From an uncultured Verrucomicrobiae bacterium (GTDB lineage Bacteria; Verrucomicrobiota; Verrucomicrobiia; Limisphaerales; JAFGQR01), in assembly GCA_963788655.1 (NCBI GenBank), contig CAWBHS010000110.1, positions 96,001 through 160,000 on the forward strand: a DNA stretch of 64,000 nt, given 5' to 3'. The notes beneath the pieces are model-generated. The model saw only the letters and a list, made by a program, of their open reading frames with translations. It ran no database searches and was not told where the DNA came from. Below are positions 22,301 to 32,053 of the stretch, one piece after another; position 1 is the first letter of the stretch, and each line of letters begins with the position of its first letter. Both the position numbers and the translations under genes were made by a program.

Positions 22301-22709
22301 ATGCACGTTCTGCGTCCAGCGCATCGAGCACGCGAAGATCGCGCAGAAGGTCAAGGCCGGGCGAGTCCGGCGATGTGCAGGTGCCCGAAGGGACGATTCA
22401 AGACGGCCTGCCAGCAGGCCTGTCCCGCGGACGCGATTGTGTTCGGCAACTTGCTGGACCCGAACAGCCAGGTGTCACTGCTCAAGGCAACGGGACCGGG
22501 ATTACTCCGTGCTGGCGTATCTTGCTCACGCGGCCGCGCCTGACTTATCTGGCGCGGGTGCGCAATCCGAATCCGCGCGATGCCGGATTACCATGAGATT
22601 CCGTTGAACATCGCAGCTTACGTCGAGGAATGAGCCCGAGAATCCATTCGCGCCGCATGCCGGGGAGGCCGGCGCTGAGGCGCACTCGCCAGAGAAGGGA
22701 GAGCACTAA
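19302..22709 (+). CDS. actB: ACIII subunit B (molybdopterin-oxidoreductase-like plus Fe-S domain); several indels after about 22110
   Basis: YWRSL, TAT motif SRRHFLK followed by lipobox-like [50 protein letters not shown]. Fragments [22 protein letters not shown] and [16 protein letters not shown] lie in shifted frames. Confidence 0.9.
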
Positions 22710-24151
22710 TGGCTGACACTCTCATCAAGTCCGTTCCCAGTATCCACGCCGACACCGGCGGAATTGGAGCGCATGCCGCTGGTGGCGAACCAGCGCAGCG
22801 TCGGCTGGATTTCCGACCACATTGCCGAGCGTGGCGGAAGGCAAGACGCCGTTGTGGTGGTGGATCGCGTTCGTTCCGAGCGTGCTGTTGACGGTGGTGC
22901 TGCGTTAGCATGATGACGTATCTCGATCTCCACCGGCGTGGGCGTCTGGGGCTTGAGACACCCGGTGATGTGGGGCTGGGACATCATCAATTTCGTCTGG
23001 TGGATCGGCATCGGCCACGCCGGCACGCTGATTTCCGCGATTCTCTTTCTGCTGCGCCAGCGCTGGCGCACGGCCGTCAACCGCGCGGCGGAGGCCATGA
23101 CGATTTTTGCCGTGATGTGCGCCGGACATTTTCCCGCTGATCCACGTCGGGCGCGTCTGGTTTGCCTGGTGGTTGTTCCCGATCCCAACGTCCAACGGCA
23201 TCTGGCCGCAGTTCCGGTCGCCGCTGATGTGGGACGTGTTCGCGGTCTCGACCTACTTCACCGTTTCGCTGCTGTTCTGGTACATGGGCTTGATTCCCGA
23301 CCTGGCCATGATGCGCGATCGGGCCAAGACCAAAGTCCGGCAGATTCTTCTACGGTATTGTTCGCGCTGGGCTGGACCGGCTCGAACCGGCACTGGAGCA
23401 ATTACGAAAAGGCCTACTGATTCTGGCCGGCTTGGCCACGCCGCTGGTGTTGTCGGTGCACTCCATCGTGTCCTTGGACTTTTGCGGTGTCGCAGTTGCC
23501 GGGCTGGCACACGACGATCTTCCCGCCTTACTTCGTGGCGGGCGCGATTTACTCCGGGTTCGGCATGGTGCTGACGCTGCTGGTGCCGCTGCGCAAGATC
23601 TGCAAGCTGGAGGACATCATCACGATGCGGCACATGGAAATGATGTGCAAAGTGACGCTGGCGACGGGTTCCATCGTCGGCTACGCCTATGCGATGGAGT
23701 ATTTCATCGCCTGGTACAGCGGCAATCCTTACGAGCGATTGGACCTTCTGGCAACCGCGTGTTCGGGACCTACTGGTACGGCGGTACTGGACGATGCTGT
23801 CGTTCAACGTGCTGTTGCCGCAGTTGTTCTGGTTCAAGAAGATCCGGACCAGAACCTGGTGGTGGTGTTCATCATTTCGATCTTTGTGAACATCGGCATG
23901 TGGTTCGAGCGGTTCGTCATCATCGTCGACGTCGCTGTACCAGGATTTCCTGCCGGCCAACTGGGGGTATTTCCAGCCGACGTGGGTGGACATGTTGCAC
24001 GTATCTGGGCACGATTCGGTTTGTTCTTCACGCTGTTCCTGCTGTTCATGCGGTTTCTGCCGATGATCGCCATTTCCGAAGTCAAAGGCGTGACGCCGCA
24101 GGCGGACCCGCACCATCCGCTGGGCGGCGCCGAAACGGAGGGCGTCACTGA
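22709..24151 (+). CDS. actC: ACIII subunit C (NrfD/PsrC family); multiple indels
   Basis: Fragments [91 protein letters not shown]. Confidence 0.9.
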
Positions 24152-24690
24152 TGAGCAGAGTCCACTCAAACCTACGGAATGATCGCTGAATTCGGTACGC
24201 GCGGCGGAAATGTTGCACGCGGCGCGAAAAGGTGCGCGACGCGGGCTACCGCGCTGGGACGTGTTCACGCCGTTCCCGGTGCATGGCATGGACGAGGCGA
24301 TGGGCCTGGGAATTCGAAGGTCGGCTGGTTCACCTTCATCGGCGGGGTCACGGGTTACACACGGGCATGCTGATGATCTGGTGGATGAACGCTTACGACT
24401 ATCCGATTGGTGGTCGGGCGGCAAACCGATGTTCAGCCCGTTCCCGGCGTTTCCCGCCGTCCTACGAACTGACCATTCTGCTGGCGCGTTCGGTGCGTTG
24501 ATCGGCATGCTGATCCTGAACCGGCTGCCGCGACTGCATCATCCGCTGTTCAAGTGCCCGGTTCAAGAAGGTGACCCACGACGGATTTTTTATCGCGATT
24601 GAGGCGGACGATCCGAAGTTCTCCGCTGAAGCAACCCGCAGCTTGCTGGAACGCGCCGGCAGCCAGCACATCGAAGAGGTGAAGGACTAA
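24151..24690 (+). CDS. actD: ACIII subunit D (DUF3341); multiple indels
   Basis: Fragments YGMIAEF, WDVFTPFPVHGMDEAMG, GGKPMFS, YELTILL, NRLPRLHHPLF, DGFFIAIEADDPKF. Confidence 0.85.
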
Positions 24691-25346
24691 TGCGCTACAT
24701 CTTTCTCACCTTTATTCTCGCGGTGGTGGCGGTGGTGGTGATTGCCGGGCGTCGCGGCGACTTCTCCGGCGACCGCCGATTGAAGTTTTCCCCGACATGG
24801 ACCGACAACCGAAACTGCGGCCGCAAACCGACAACAAGTTTTTCCCCGACGGAATGAGTTCGCAGCCTGCGGTGCCCGGCACCGTGGCGCGCGGTTCGGC
24901 TTATCAAGACGACGCCGTACAACACCGGAAAGATCCCCGGCACGACTAATTGGGTGGAAATCCTGCCGGTGCCGGTGACTGCCGAATTGATGGCCCGCGG
25001 GCGGGAGCGCTACAACATATATTGCTCGCCGTGCCACGGTCCCACCGGCGCCGGCAAAGGCATTACCACGAATCCGATTTACGGCATGATTGGCGTGGCC
25101 AATTTCCACGATCCGCGCCTGGTCCGCATGGCGGACGGCGAAATCTTCAACACGATCACCTACGGCAGTCCGGCGCAACTGATGCTGGCTTACGGCGGCA
25201 TGATTCCGATTGCGGACCGCTGGGCCATCATCGCCTATGTGCGGGCTTTGCAGCGTTCGCAGTTGGCGACGTTGGACGACGTGCCGGCGGACATTCGCCC
25301 GGAATTGACCAAACCGTTGGCGCCGGGCACGGGAGGGACGCAATAA
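24690..25346 (+). CDS. actE: ACIII subunit E monoheme cytochrome c; indels in the 5' part
   Basis: Hydrophobic N-terminus, FPDMDRQPKLRPQ, RGRERYNIYCSPCHG, DGEIFNTIT, DRWAIIAYVRALQ. Confidence 0.87.
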
Positions 25347-25348
25347 TT

Positions 25349-26593
25349 ATGAACGGCTCGACCTTTGTTGCTACCGTCACGCCGGAACAGCGAAAAGCGC
25401 TGGAGGCCAAAGTCTCGCGGCTGGCGCTGGTCTTCCTGGTGGGAGGCGGTTTGCTGGGGCTCATCGGCCTGTTCACGAATCCCAAACAGTTTGCGTTTTC
25501 GTATCTGCTGGCGTTCATGTTTTTCCTGAGCATTTGTTTGGGAGCGCTGTTCCTGGTGATCATTCATCATCTCTTCGACGCCAACTGGTCGGTGCCAATC
25601 CGGCGAGTTTCGGAACACCTGGCGTTTCTGGTGCCGGTGATGGCGGCGTTGTTCATTCCGATTGCCCTGTTGGGGCCCTCGCAGATTTATTCGTGGATGC
25701 AGAGTGTGCTGGCCGGCCATGCCAACCTTGAGCATGCCTTGCGCGCCAAGCAACCACTCTTCAATCTGCCGTGGTTTTATCTGATTGCCGTGATCCTGTT
25801 CGCGGCGTGGACCTGGCTCTCGTACAACCTGCGCAAGTATTCCATTCAACAAGACCAATCCGGCGCGGCGCGCTGCACCTACAAGATGCGGATGCACTCG
25901 GCCTACGGAATCTACGTGTTCGCGTTCTCGATCACACTGGCGGCGGTCTTTTGGATGATGGCTCTCGAGTACCAATGGTATTCGACCATGTATGGCGTCT
26001 ATTATTTCGCAGGCAGCGTCTGGACGACGTTGGCTACGTTGTACGTGCTGGGGGTGGCGTTCGTGCGGACGGGACCGTTGAGCGCGGTGATGCACCGCCG
26101 GCATTTTCATGACCTGGCCGTGCTGTTTTTTGCGTTCACGGTGTTCTACGCCTACATCGCCTTTTCGCAGTATTTTCTGATGTGGAACGGCGCCATTCCC
26201 GAGGAAACATTTTTCTTCGTGAAACGCGAAACCGGCTCGTGGTGGAGCATGGGTTTGTTGCTGATCTTCGGTCATTTCTTTTTACCGTTTCTGGCCATGC
26301 TGCGGATCGACACCAAGCTGTGGCTGCCGTTGATGCTGCCGTTGTGCGCCTGGGCCTGGATCATGCAATTCTGCGACCTCGCGTTCAACATCATGCCAGT
26401 GTTGCACCCGGAAGGGTTCCAACCGCATTATCTGGACTTTGCGTGCCTGGCCTTCATCGGCGGGGTGCTGGCAATGGTCTTTATCCGGTACTTCAAACAG
26501 CATGCGCCGTATCCGGTGAAGGATCCGCGGCTGGAAGAATCCATCGGGCTGCGTCATGGCGGACCGTTGCCGCCGGCCACGGCACCCGAGTAA
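25349..26593 (+). CDS. actF: ACIII subunit F
   Basis: Multi-TM protein with AFSYLLAFMF, WMMALEYQWYSTMYG, HFHDLA, YIAFSQYFLMWNGAIPEE. Confidence 0.9.
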   Translation: MNGSTFVATVTPEQRKALEAKVSRLALVFLVGGGLLGLIGLFTNPKQFAFSYLLAFMFFLSICLGALFLVIIHHLFDANWSVPIRRVSEHLAFLVPVMAALFIPIALLGPSQIYSWMQSVLAGHANLEHALRAKQPLFNLPWFYLIAVILFAAWTWLSYNLRKYSIQQDQSGAARCTYKMRMHSAYGIYVFAFSITLAAVFWMMALEYQWYSTMYGVYYFAGSVWTTLATLYVLGVAFVRTGPLSAVMHRRHFHDLAVLFFAFTVFYAYIAFSQYFLMWNGAIPEETFFFVKRETGSWWSMGLLLIFGHFFLPFLAMLRIDTKLWLPLMLPLCAWAWIMQFCDLAFNIMPVLHPEGFQPHYLDFACLAFIGGVLAMVFIRYFKQHAPYPVKDPRLEESIGLRHGGPLPPATAPE

Positions 26594-26600
26594 AGTGCGA

Positions 26601-26975
26601 ATGAACGTCAAGCTGACATCTCGAAGCAGTGTGGCGGCCCTGGCGGTGAGCCTACTGGGCTGCCTGCTTCTGGTCTATGCCCTGGTGAAAACCGTGCAAC
26701 ACTACATGCAACCGCCGCCGTTGAACGCCACCCGCGTCGAGGAACGCCAGAAAGCGCTGGCGGAATTGCGCGCGCGGGAACAGGAGCAAACGCAGAATTA
26801 CGGTTGGGTCGATCAAGCACACGGCATTGTGCGCCTGCCGATCACCAACGCCATGGAACTGACCATTCGGGAATATCGCAATCCGTCGGTGGCCCGCACC
26901 AATTTGCTCACCCGCCTCGAGCAAGCCACGAAGCCCCTGCCGAAACCTGAACCGCCGCCGAACCCATTCGAATAG
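26601..26975 (+). CDS. Small single-TM protein, ActG-like
   Basis: One TM and YGWVDQAHGIVRLPITNAM motif. Its position after actF matches accessory ACIII subunits. Confidence 0.6.
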   Translation: MNVKLTSRSSVAALAVSLLGCLLLVYALVKTVQHYMQPPPLNATRVEERQKALAELRAREQEQTQNYGWVDQAHGIVRLPITNAMELTIREYRNPSVARTNLLTRLEQATKPLPKPEPPPNPFE

Positions 26976-26981
26976 CCGGCG

Positions 26982-28472
26982 ATGACCGCGTCCGTTACTC
27001 CCGCTCCCCAAACTTCCGAGACCGCGGCCGCGACGCCGATGGTCGAGCCGCGTGATTCGGTAGCGATCATCGATGCGTCGTGCCGATGGCCGTTAATGCT
27101 GTTGTTCATTGGCGGCCTTGCCTGGCTACTGGGCGGGATGTTCCTGGCCATCATTGCCTCGGTCAAACTGCACGCCCCCGGCTTCCTCGCTCACGCCGCC
27201 TGGCTCACGGTGGGGCGGTTGCGTCCGGCGGCCATGAACGCGCTGATTTACGGTTTTGCGACGCCCGTCAGCCTGGGCGTCCTGATGTGGATGCTGGCCC
27301 GCTTGGGCGGGCTGCGCTTGTTGTATCCCGGTCCCGTTTTTGTGGCCGGCCTGATGTGGAATTTCGGCGTTGTCAGTGGCGTGTTGGGCCTCCTGGCGGT
27401 TGGTTCCACTGGTTTTGAATGGCTGGAAATGCCACCGTACACGCCGCCGTTGTTGTTGATCGCATTTCTCGTCCTGGCCATTAGCGCGCTGATGAATTTC
27501 TCCTTTCGCCGGGAGAAGACCGGGTATGTCTCGCAATGGTATTTGCTGGCGGGCTTGTTCTGGTTTGTCTGGATCTATTCGGCCTCGAGTTACCTGTTGC
27601 TCTACCATCCCGTGCGGGGCGTGCTCCAAGCGGTGGTGGGCGCATGGTTCACCAGTAACCTGCTCGGCCTATGGCTCACGTCCGTGGGACTGGCGATCGT
27701 TTTCTACTTCATCCCCAAACTCCTCCAGCGTCCTTTGCAGAATTACTGGCTGGCGGTCTTTGGCTTTTGGACCCTGGCGGTCTTTGGCAGTTGGACGGGG
27801 CTGGCCCAGTTCGCGGGTGGACCGCTGCCGCGCTGGATGGTCAGCGTCAGCGGCGTGGCCAATGGGTTGATGATTGTGCCGGTGCTCGCCGTGGCGCTGA
27901 ACTGGCATTGGACGCTGGTCGGGAAATATCATCAGTTCAAAACCGACTTCGTGTTGCGGTTCGTCTTGGCCGGCGCGGTTTCGTATCTGGCGGCCAATCT
28001 GTTGGCGAGTGTGGTGGGATTCCAACCATTGGCCGCGCTGACGCAACTGACGCTGGTGCCGGTCGCGCGCGTGCAACTGGCCCTGCATGGCTTTGTGGGA
28101 CTCACGCTCTTGGGCGCCTTGTATTACATCCTGCCGCGATTGCTGCAAGTGAACTGGCCATCGATGAAACTGGTGCGGTTCCACTGGCTGGCCTCGGTCA
28201 TTGGTGTGGCGCTCATGTTCGTGGCGTTACTGGTCGGCGGCCTGATTCAAGGCGGCCGATTGCTGAATCCGGACACCGATTTCGTCAGCGTGCTCAAATC
28301 GACCATTCCGTTTCTCGGCAATGCCGCCTTGGGACTGTGCGTCTTGCTGACGGGCCAGGTGGCCTTGGGGTGGAACCTCGGGTTGATGTTGTGGCAATAT
28401 TGCCAACAGAGCAGTCCGGTAACTGAACTGTTGGAGGCGGTGGACGCCGCGGAGGCGGGAGGGCGACCATGA
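26982..28472 (+). CDS. cbb3-type oxidase subunit I (CcoN) homologue lacking the metal-ligand histidines
   Basis: CcoN scaffold motifs GRLRP, STGFEWLEMP, YVSQWY, FYFIPK, GFW and YYILPRL are present, but the His ligand positions are substituted. ORF is intact. Confidence 0.85.
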   Translation: MTASVTPAPQTSETAAATPMVEPRDSVAIIDASCRWPLMLLFIGGLAWLLGGMFLAIIASVKLHAPGFLAHAAWLTVGRLRPAAMNALIYGFATPVSLGVLMWMLARLGGLRLLYPGPVFVAGLMWNFGVVSGVLGLLAVGSTGFEWLEMPPYTPPLLLIAFLVLAISALMNFSFRREKTGYVSQWYLLAGLFWFVWIYSASSYLLLYHPVRGVLQAVVGAWFTSNLLGLWLTSVGLAIVFYFIPKLLQRPLQNYWLAVFGFWTLAVFGSWTGLAQFAGGPLPRWMVSVSGVANGLMIVPVLAVALNWHWTLVGKYHQFKTDFVLRFVLAGAVSYLAANLLASVVGFQPLAALTQLTLVPVARVQLALHGFVGLTLLGALYYILPRLLQVNWPSMKLVRFHWLASVIGVALMFVALLVGGLIQGGRLLNPDTDFVSVLKSTIPFLGNAALGLCVLLTGQVALGWNLGLMLWQYCQQSSPVTELLEAVDAAEAGGRP

Positions 28473-29173
28473 ACTACGGTCCCTTGCTTTTCTTTGGCGT
28501 TTTCCTGACACTGACCAGTTCGTTCTGGGGTCTGGTCGTGGCGCCCCAATTACAGCTTGGCCGGCAGATGCCCGTCGCCCAGGAAAACGTGGGCCAGTTC
28601 TATCCGGCGCCCCGCTCTGGACTGGCCCAGGAAGGCGCGCAGGTGTACCGCACGTTGGGGTGCGTGGAGTGCCACACGGAACAGGTGCGCGGCTTGGGCA
28701 GTGATCTCGCCCGCGTTTGGGGCGAACGTATTTCCGTGGCTCAGGATTATCTGTACGACGACCCGGTTCAACTCGGCCAGCAACGGCTTGGGCCGGATTT
28801 GACGAACATTGGCGTCCGGCAAACCAACGCCGTCTGGCATTTCCTGCACCTCTTCGATCCCAAACTTACCGTGGTAGGTTCACCGATGCCGCGGTACCCG
28901 TTCTTGTTCGACCGGGAACCGGAAGGAACCCAGTTCCCCTCCCCTTGGGCGCTGACCCCGGAGTTGGAACAGAACGGCCGCAAATTCCACCTGGTTCCCA
29001 AACGGGAGGCCCGGGCCCTGGTGGCGTACCTGTTGAGTTTGCGGTCAGAAGTCTCCTTGTTTGAGGCGCCCGGGCCCAAGCCGGAAACCAACGCGCCCCC
29101 GGCGGGCTCAACTTCCACCAATCAAACGTCCACTCCCGCGGCTGTGAAAACCGGCTCCGCACCCGCGCCATGA
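28469..29173 (+). CDS. ccoO: cbb3-type oxidase subunit II (CcoO)-like monoheme cytochrome c
   Basis: N-terminal TM, GAQVYRTLGCVECHTEQVR, GQQRLGPDLTNIG, WHFLHLFDP, SPMPRY. Confidence 0.88.
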   Translation: MNYGPLLFFGVFLTLTSSFWGLVVAPQLQLGRQMPVAQENVGQFYPAPRSGLAQEGAQVYRTLGCVECHTEQVRGLGSDLARVWGERISVAQDYLYDDPVQLGQQRLGPDLTNIGVRQTNAVWHFLHLFDPKLTVVGSPMPRYPFLFDREPEGTQFPSPWALTPELEQNGRKFHLVPKREARALVAYLLSLRSEVSLFEAPGPKPETNAPPAGSTSTNQTSTPAAVKTGSAPAP

Positions 29174-29937
29174 AGAAGCGAAAGGCCAAGTCCAGCAAAG
29201 CGCGTCCGGCACCCGAACGTCCGCAAGTAGCTCCGAAGGCGCCCAGCCCCGAGCTGGCTCGGGTGCCATCCGTCAAGCCGGCCCGCAAAACGCCTTCCTC
29301 TCGACCGTCTGCGGTGGCCAAGCCCTTGGACGAATCGCCGGAGCCCACCGTGCGTCAAGGTTCGCCGATGCCGGTCATGATGATTGCCCTGTTGGGCTTG
29401 CTCCTGTACTTGGGCGAAGTCCACGTGATCGATACGGCTGGGGACTTCGATCCCCGGGTTTATTATCCATACCAGTCGGTCAAGCAACTCGAAGACCTCC
29501 AACCCAAATCCGCCGCCGACGCCATGTATGTCCAGGGGCGCAAGGTCTATAATTCCATCTGCATCCAATGCCACCAAGCCAACGGCCAGGGTAATCCAGC
29601 GATGTTTATTCCACCGCTGGTGGGTTCGGATTGGGTGCTCGAACCCGAGCCCGGACGCATCATCCGCATCGTATTCAAAGGACTCCAGGGCCCCATTACC
29701 GTGAAAGGCGAGAACTTCGGCCAGGGCGCAATGTTCGCGGTCGGCGATCAGTTGCCGGGAAATGAGGAGGAGAGAATTCAAGAAGTCGCCGCCGTCTTGA
29801 CGTACATTCGCAGCACCTGGGGCAACAGCGCGCCGCCCGTAACAATCGAACGGGTACAAACGGCTCACGAACAATTCAAGAACCGCACTGCGCCCTGGAC
29901 CGCCGACGAGTTGCTGAAGCTCGAACCGAGCGAATAG
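29170..29937 (+). CDS. Membrane-anchored monoheme cytochrome c
   Basis: Lys/Pro-rich N-tail, TM, GRKVYNSICIQCHQANGQG, PPLVGSDWV, AAVLTYIRSTWGN. Confidence 0.9.
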   Translation: MKKRKAKSSKARPAPERPQVAPKAPSPELARVPSVKPARKTPSSRPSAVAKPLDESPEPTVRQGSPMPVMMIALLGLLLYLGEVHVIDTAGDFDPRVYYPYQSVKQLEDLQPKSAADAMYVQGRKVYNSICIQCHQANGQGNPAMFIPPLVGSDWVLEPEPGRIIRIVFKGLQGPITVKGENFGQGAMFAVGDQLPGNEEERIQEVAAVLTYIRSTWGNSAPPVTIERVQTAHEQFKNRTAPWTADELLKLEPSE

Positions 29938-30197
29938 GGGCACCCAAGGATTGTTGGTGGTTTCCAAACGTTAGTTTGGCGACCACGCATTGTCCGTTCT
30001 TATCCCACGAAGGAGTTGAAACCACGGAGTGCTTGGATTGCTCGGATGGGGAAGAGCTTGGCTGAAACGATTCAGTTGGGAGGACGAGCAAGCCGCCGCG
30101 TGGGCCAAGCGGCGAGTGGAGAAAACCTTTGACTTCCGGCCCCCCAACGAGCTGCCAGCGGGATGCCGGCAGCACGTTGGGTTGAAGTGGCGGGTGG

Positions 30198-31850
30198 TTA
30201 CGCGGCTTGGTTCAGGATCGCCTTGAGATCCTCAGCCGCCGTCTTGATTGGCATCAGGTTGAATTTCTCGACCAGCACCCCAAGCACATTGGGTGACACA
30301 AATGCCGGCAACGTCGGACCAAGCCGGATGTTCTTGATGCCCAGGAACAGCAAGGTCAACAGAATCGCCACGGCTTTTTGTTCGTACCAGGAGAGCACGA
30401 GCGACAACGGCAGGTCATTGACGCCGCAGTTAAAGGCTTTGGAAAGGGCCACCGCGATCTGGATGGCGGAATAGGCATCGTTACACTGGCCGATGTCCAG
30501 CAACCGCGGCAGGCCGCCAATGGTGCCAAAGTCGAGTTTGTTGAAACGGAATTTACCGCAAGCGAGGGTGAGGATCATACAATCCTGAGGAACGGATTCC
30601 GCGAACTCGGTGTAATAATCCCGTCCTGTTCGCGCGCCGTCACAGCCGCCGACCAGGAAGAAATGCTTGATGTCCCCGCCCTTGACGGCCGCGACAACTT
30701 TGTCGGCGACGTTCATCACGGCATTATGGCCGAACCCGGTCAGGATGGTTTTATCCGGACCATCCTCCGCAAATCCCGGTGCGGCCAAAGCCGCCTCGAT
30801 GACCGGACTGAAATCGCCATCAGCAATGTGCCGGACATCGGGCCAGGCTACTAAACCGGAAGTGAAAATTCGGTCTTGGTATGCCGGCTGCGGTTCCTGG
30901 ATGCAGTTGGTGGTCATCAGAATGGCGCCGGGGAAGCTTTTGAATTCATCCTTTTGATCCTGCCAGGCGCCGCCGTAATTGCCGACCAGATGCGGGTAGG
31001 CCTTGAGCCGCGGATAGCCGTGCGCCGGCAGCATCTCGCCATGCGTATAGATATTGATGCTCTTGCCTTCCGTTTGTTTAAGCAGTTCTTCGAGATCCTT
31101 GAGATCGTGACCCGAAACCAAAATCGCCTTGCCTTGGAGGGGTTCAATGCGCACGGGCGTTGGCACGGGATGGCCGTAGGTCGTGGTGTGCGCCTGATCG
31201 AGCAATTCCATCACCTGCAAATTGATATCTCCGCACTTGAGGCACAGCCCCAGCAGGCCATCCACGGTGGGATTTGGTTCCGCCAATGCACTCAACGCTT
31301 CATGGAAGAAGGCGTAGATCCCGTCTGCCTCCCGGCCCAGGATCAGCGCGTGGTCGGCATAAGCGGCGGCGCCTTTGACGCCATACAACAACAAGTCCTG
31401 CAATCCGGCCACGTCGGGTCCGAATCGGTCGCGGCGGGACAGCGACGAAACCATCTCCCCTTGTTTGACCAAGCCGTCGGCGGAATCGGCCGGCACCCAG
31501 GTTGAAGGGCCATTGAATGTTTCGGTTGCCGATCCGGCCTTGGCCGCCGCGGCGACATACAGGGTGCGGGCCTCGTCCCGCAGAGCGGCGGCCTTGCGAA
31601 TGATCGGCTCGATGCGTTGCGCGTCAAAATTTACGTTCGTCACGGTGGTAAACAGCGCCTCGATTACAAACCGGTCGAGCGTGGGATCTTTCGCCCCGAA
31701 CTGCCGCGCCCGGTGCGCGAATTGGGAAAGGCCTTTGGTGGCATGCACCAGCAGATCCTGGAGCATGGCGGTTTGTTCATCCTTGCCGCACGTGGCAAAA
31801 TCAGTGCAGCCGGTCCCTTTTGAAGTCTGTTCACATTGATAGCAAAACAT
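30198..31850 (-). CDS. hcp: Hybrid cluster protein (hydroxylamine/NO reductase)
   Basis: MFCYQCEQT...GCTDFATCGK, SGHDL, YTHGEMLPAH, MTTNC, GGCDG, LACGK, GQCND, SWYEQKAV. Confidence 0.97.
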   Translation of the reverse strand: MFCYQCEQTSKGTGCTDFATCGKDEQTAMLQDLLVHATKGLSQFAHRARQFGAKDPTLDRFVIEALFTTVTNVNFDAQRIEPIIRKAAALRDEARTLYVAAAAKAGSATETFNGPSTWVPADSADGLVKQGEMVSSLSRRDRFGPDVAGLQDLLLYGVKGAAAYADHALILGREADGIYAFFHEALSALAEPNPTVDGLLGLCLKCGDINLQVMELLDQAHTTTYGHPVPTPVRIEPLQGKAILVSGHDLKDLEELLKQTEGKSINIYTHGEMLPAHGYPRLKAYPHLVGNYGGAWQDQKDEFKSFPGAILMTTNCIQEPQPAYQDRIFTSGLVAWPDVRHIADGDFSPVIEAALAAPGFAEDGPDKTILTGFGHNAVMNVADKVVAAVKGGDIKHFFLVGGCDGARTGRDYYTEFAESVPQDCMILTLACGKFRFNKLDFGTIGGLPRLLDIGQCNDAYSAIQIAVALSKAFNCGVNDLPLSLVLSWYEQKAVAILLTLLFLGIKNIRLGPTLPAFVSPNVLGVLVEKFNLMPIKTAAEDLKAILNQAA

Positions 31851-31949
31851 AGTCGTCTTCCGTCGTTTCAATTGATGGTTTGGGCAAGCGCCACCGGGAC
31901 ACTCGCGTTCTTACGGGACGGACTATGCAACAGCCTCGGAATTGGGCCT

Positions 31950-31963
31950 TTGATCCACATCAA
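31950..31963. promoter_or_regulatory. FNR/DNR (Crp-Fnr family) binding site upstream of hcp
   Basis: TTGAT-ccac-ATCAA, an exact FNR consensus about 100 bp upstream of the hcp start. Confidence 0.8.
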
Positions 31964-32053
31964 GTTTTTCAACGATCAGTGGCGATTACGGTTAGCATAG
32001 CTTTACCTCCTTGGGCCGAAAGAAACGACAGGAAGCCCCCAAAACTTCCCCGG

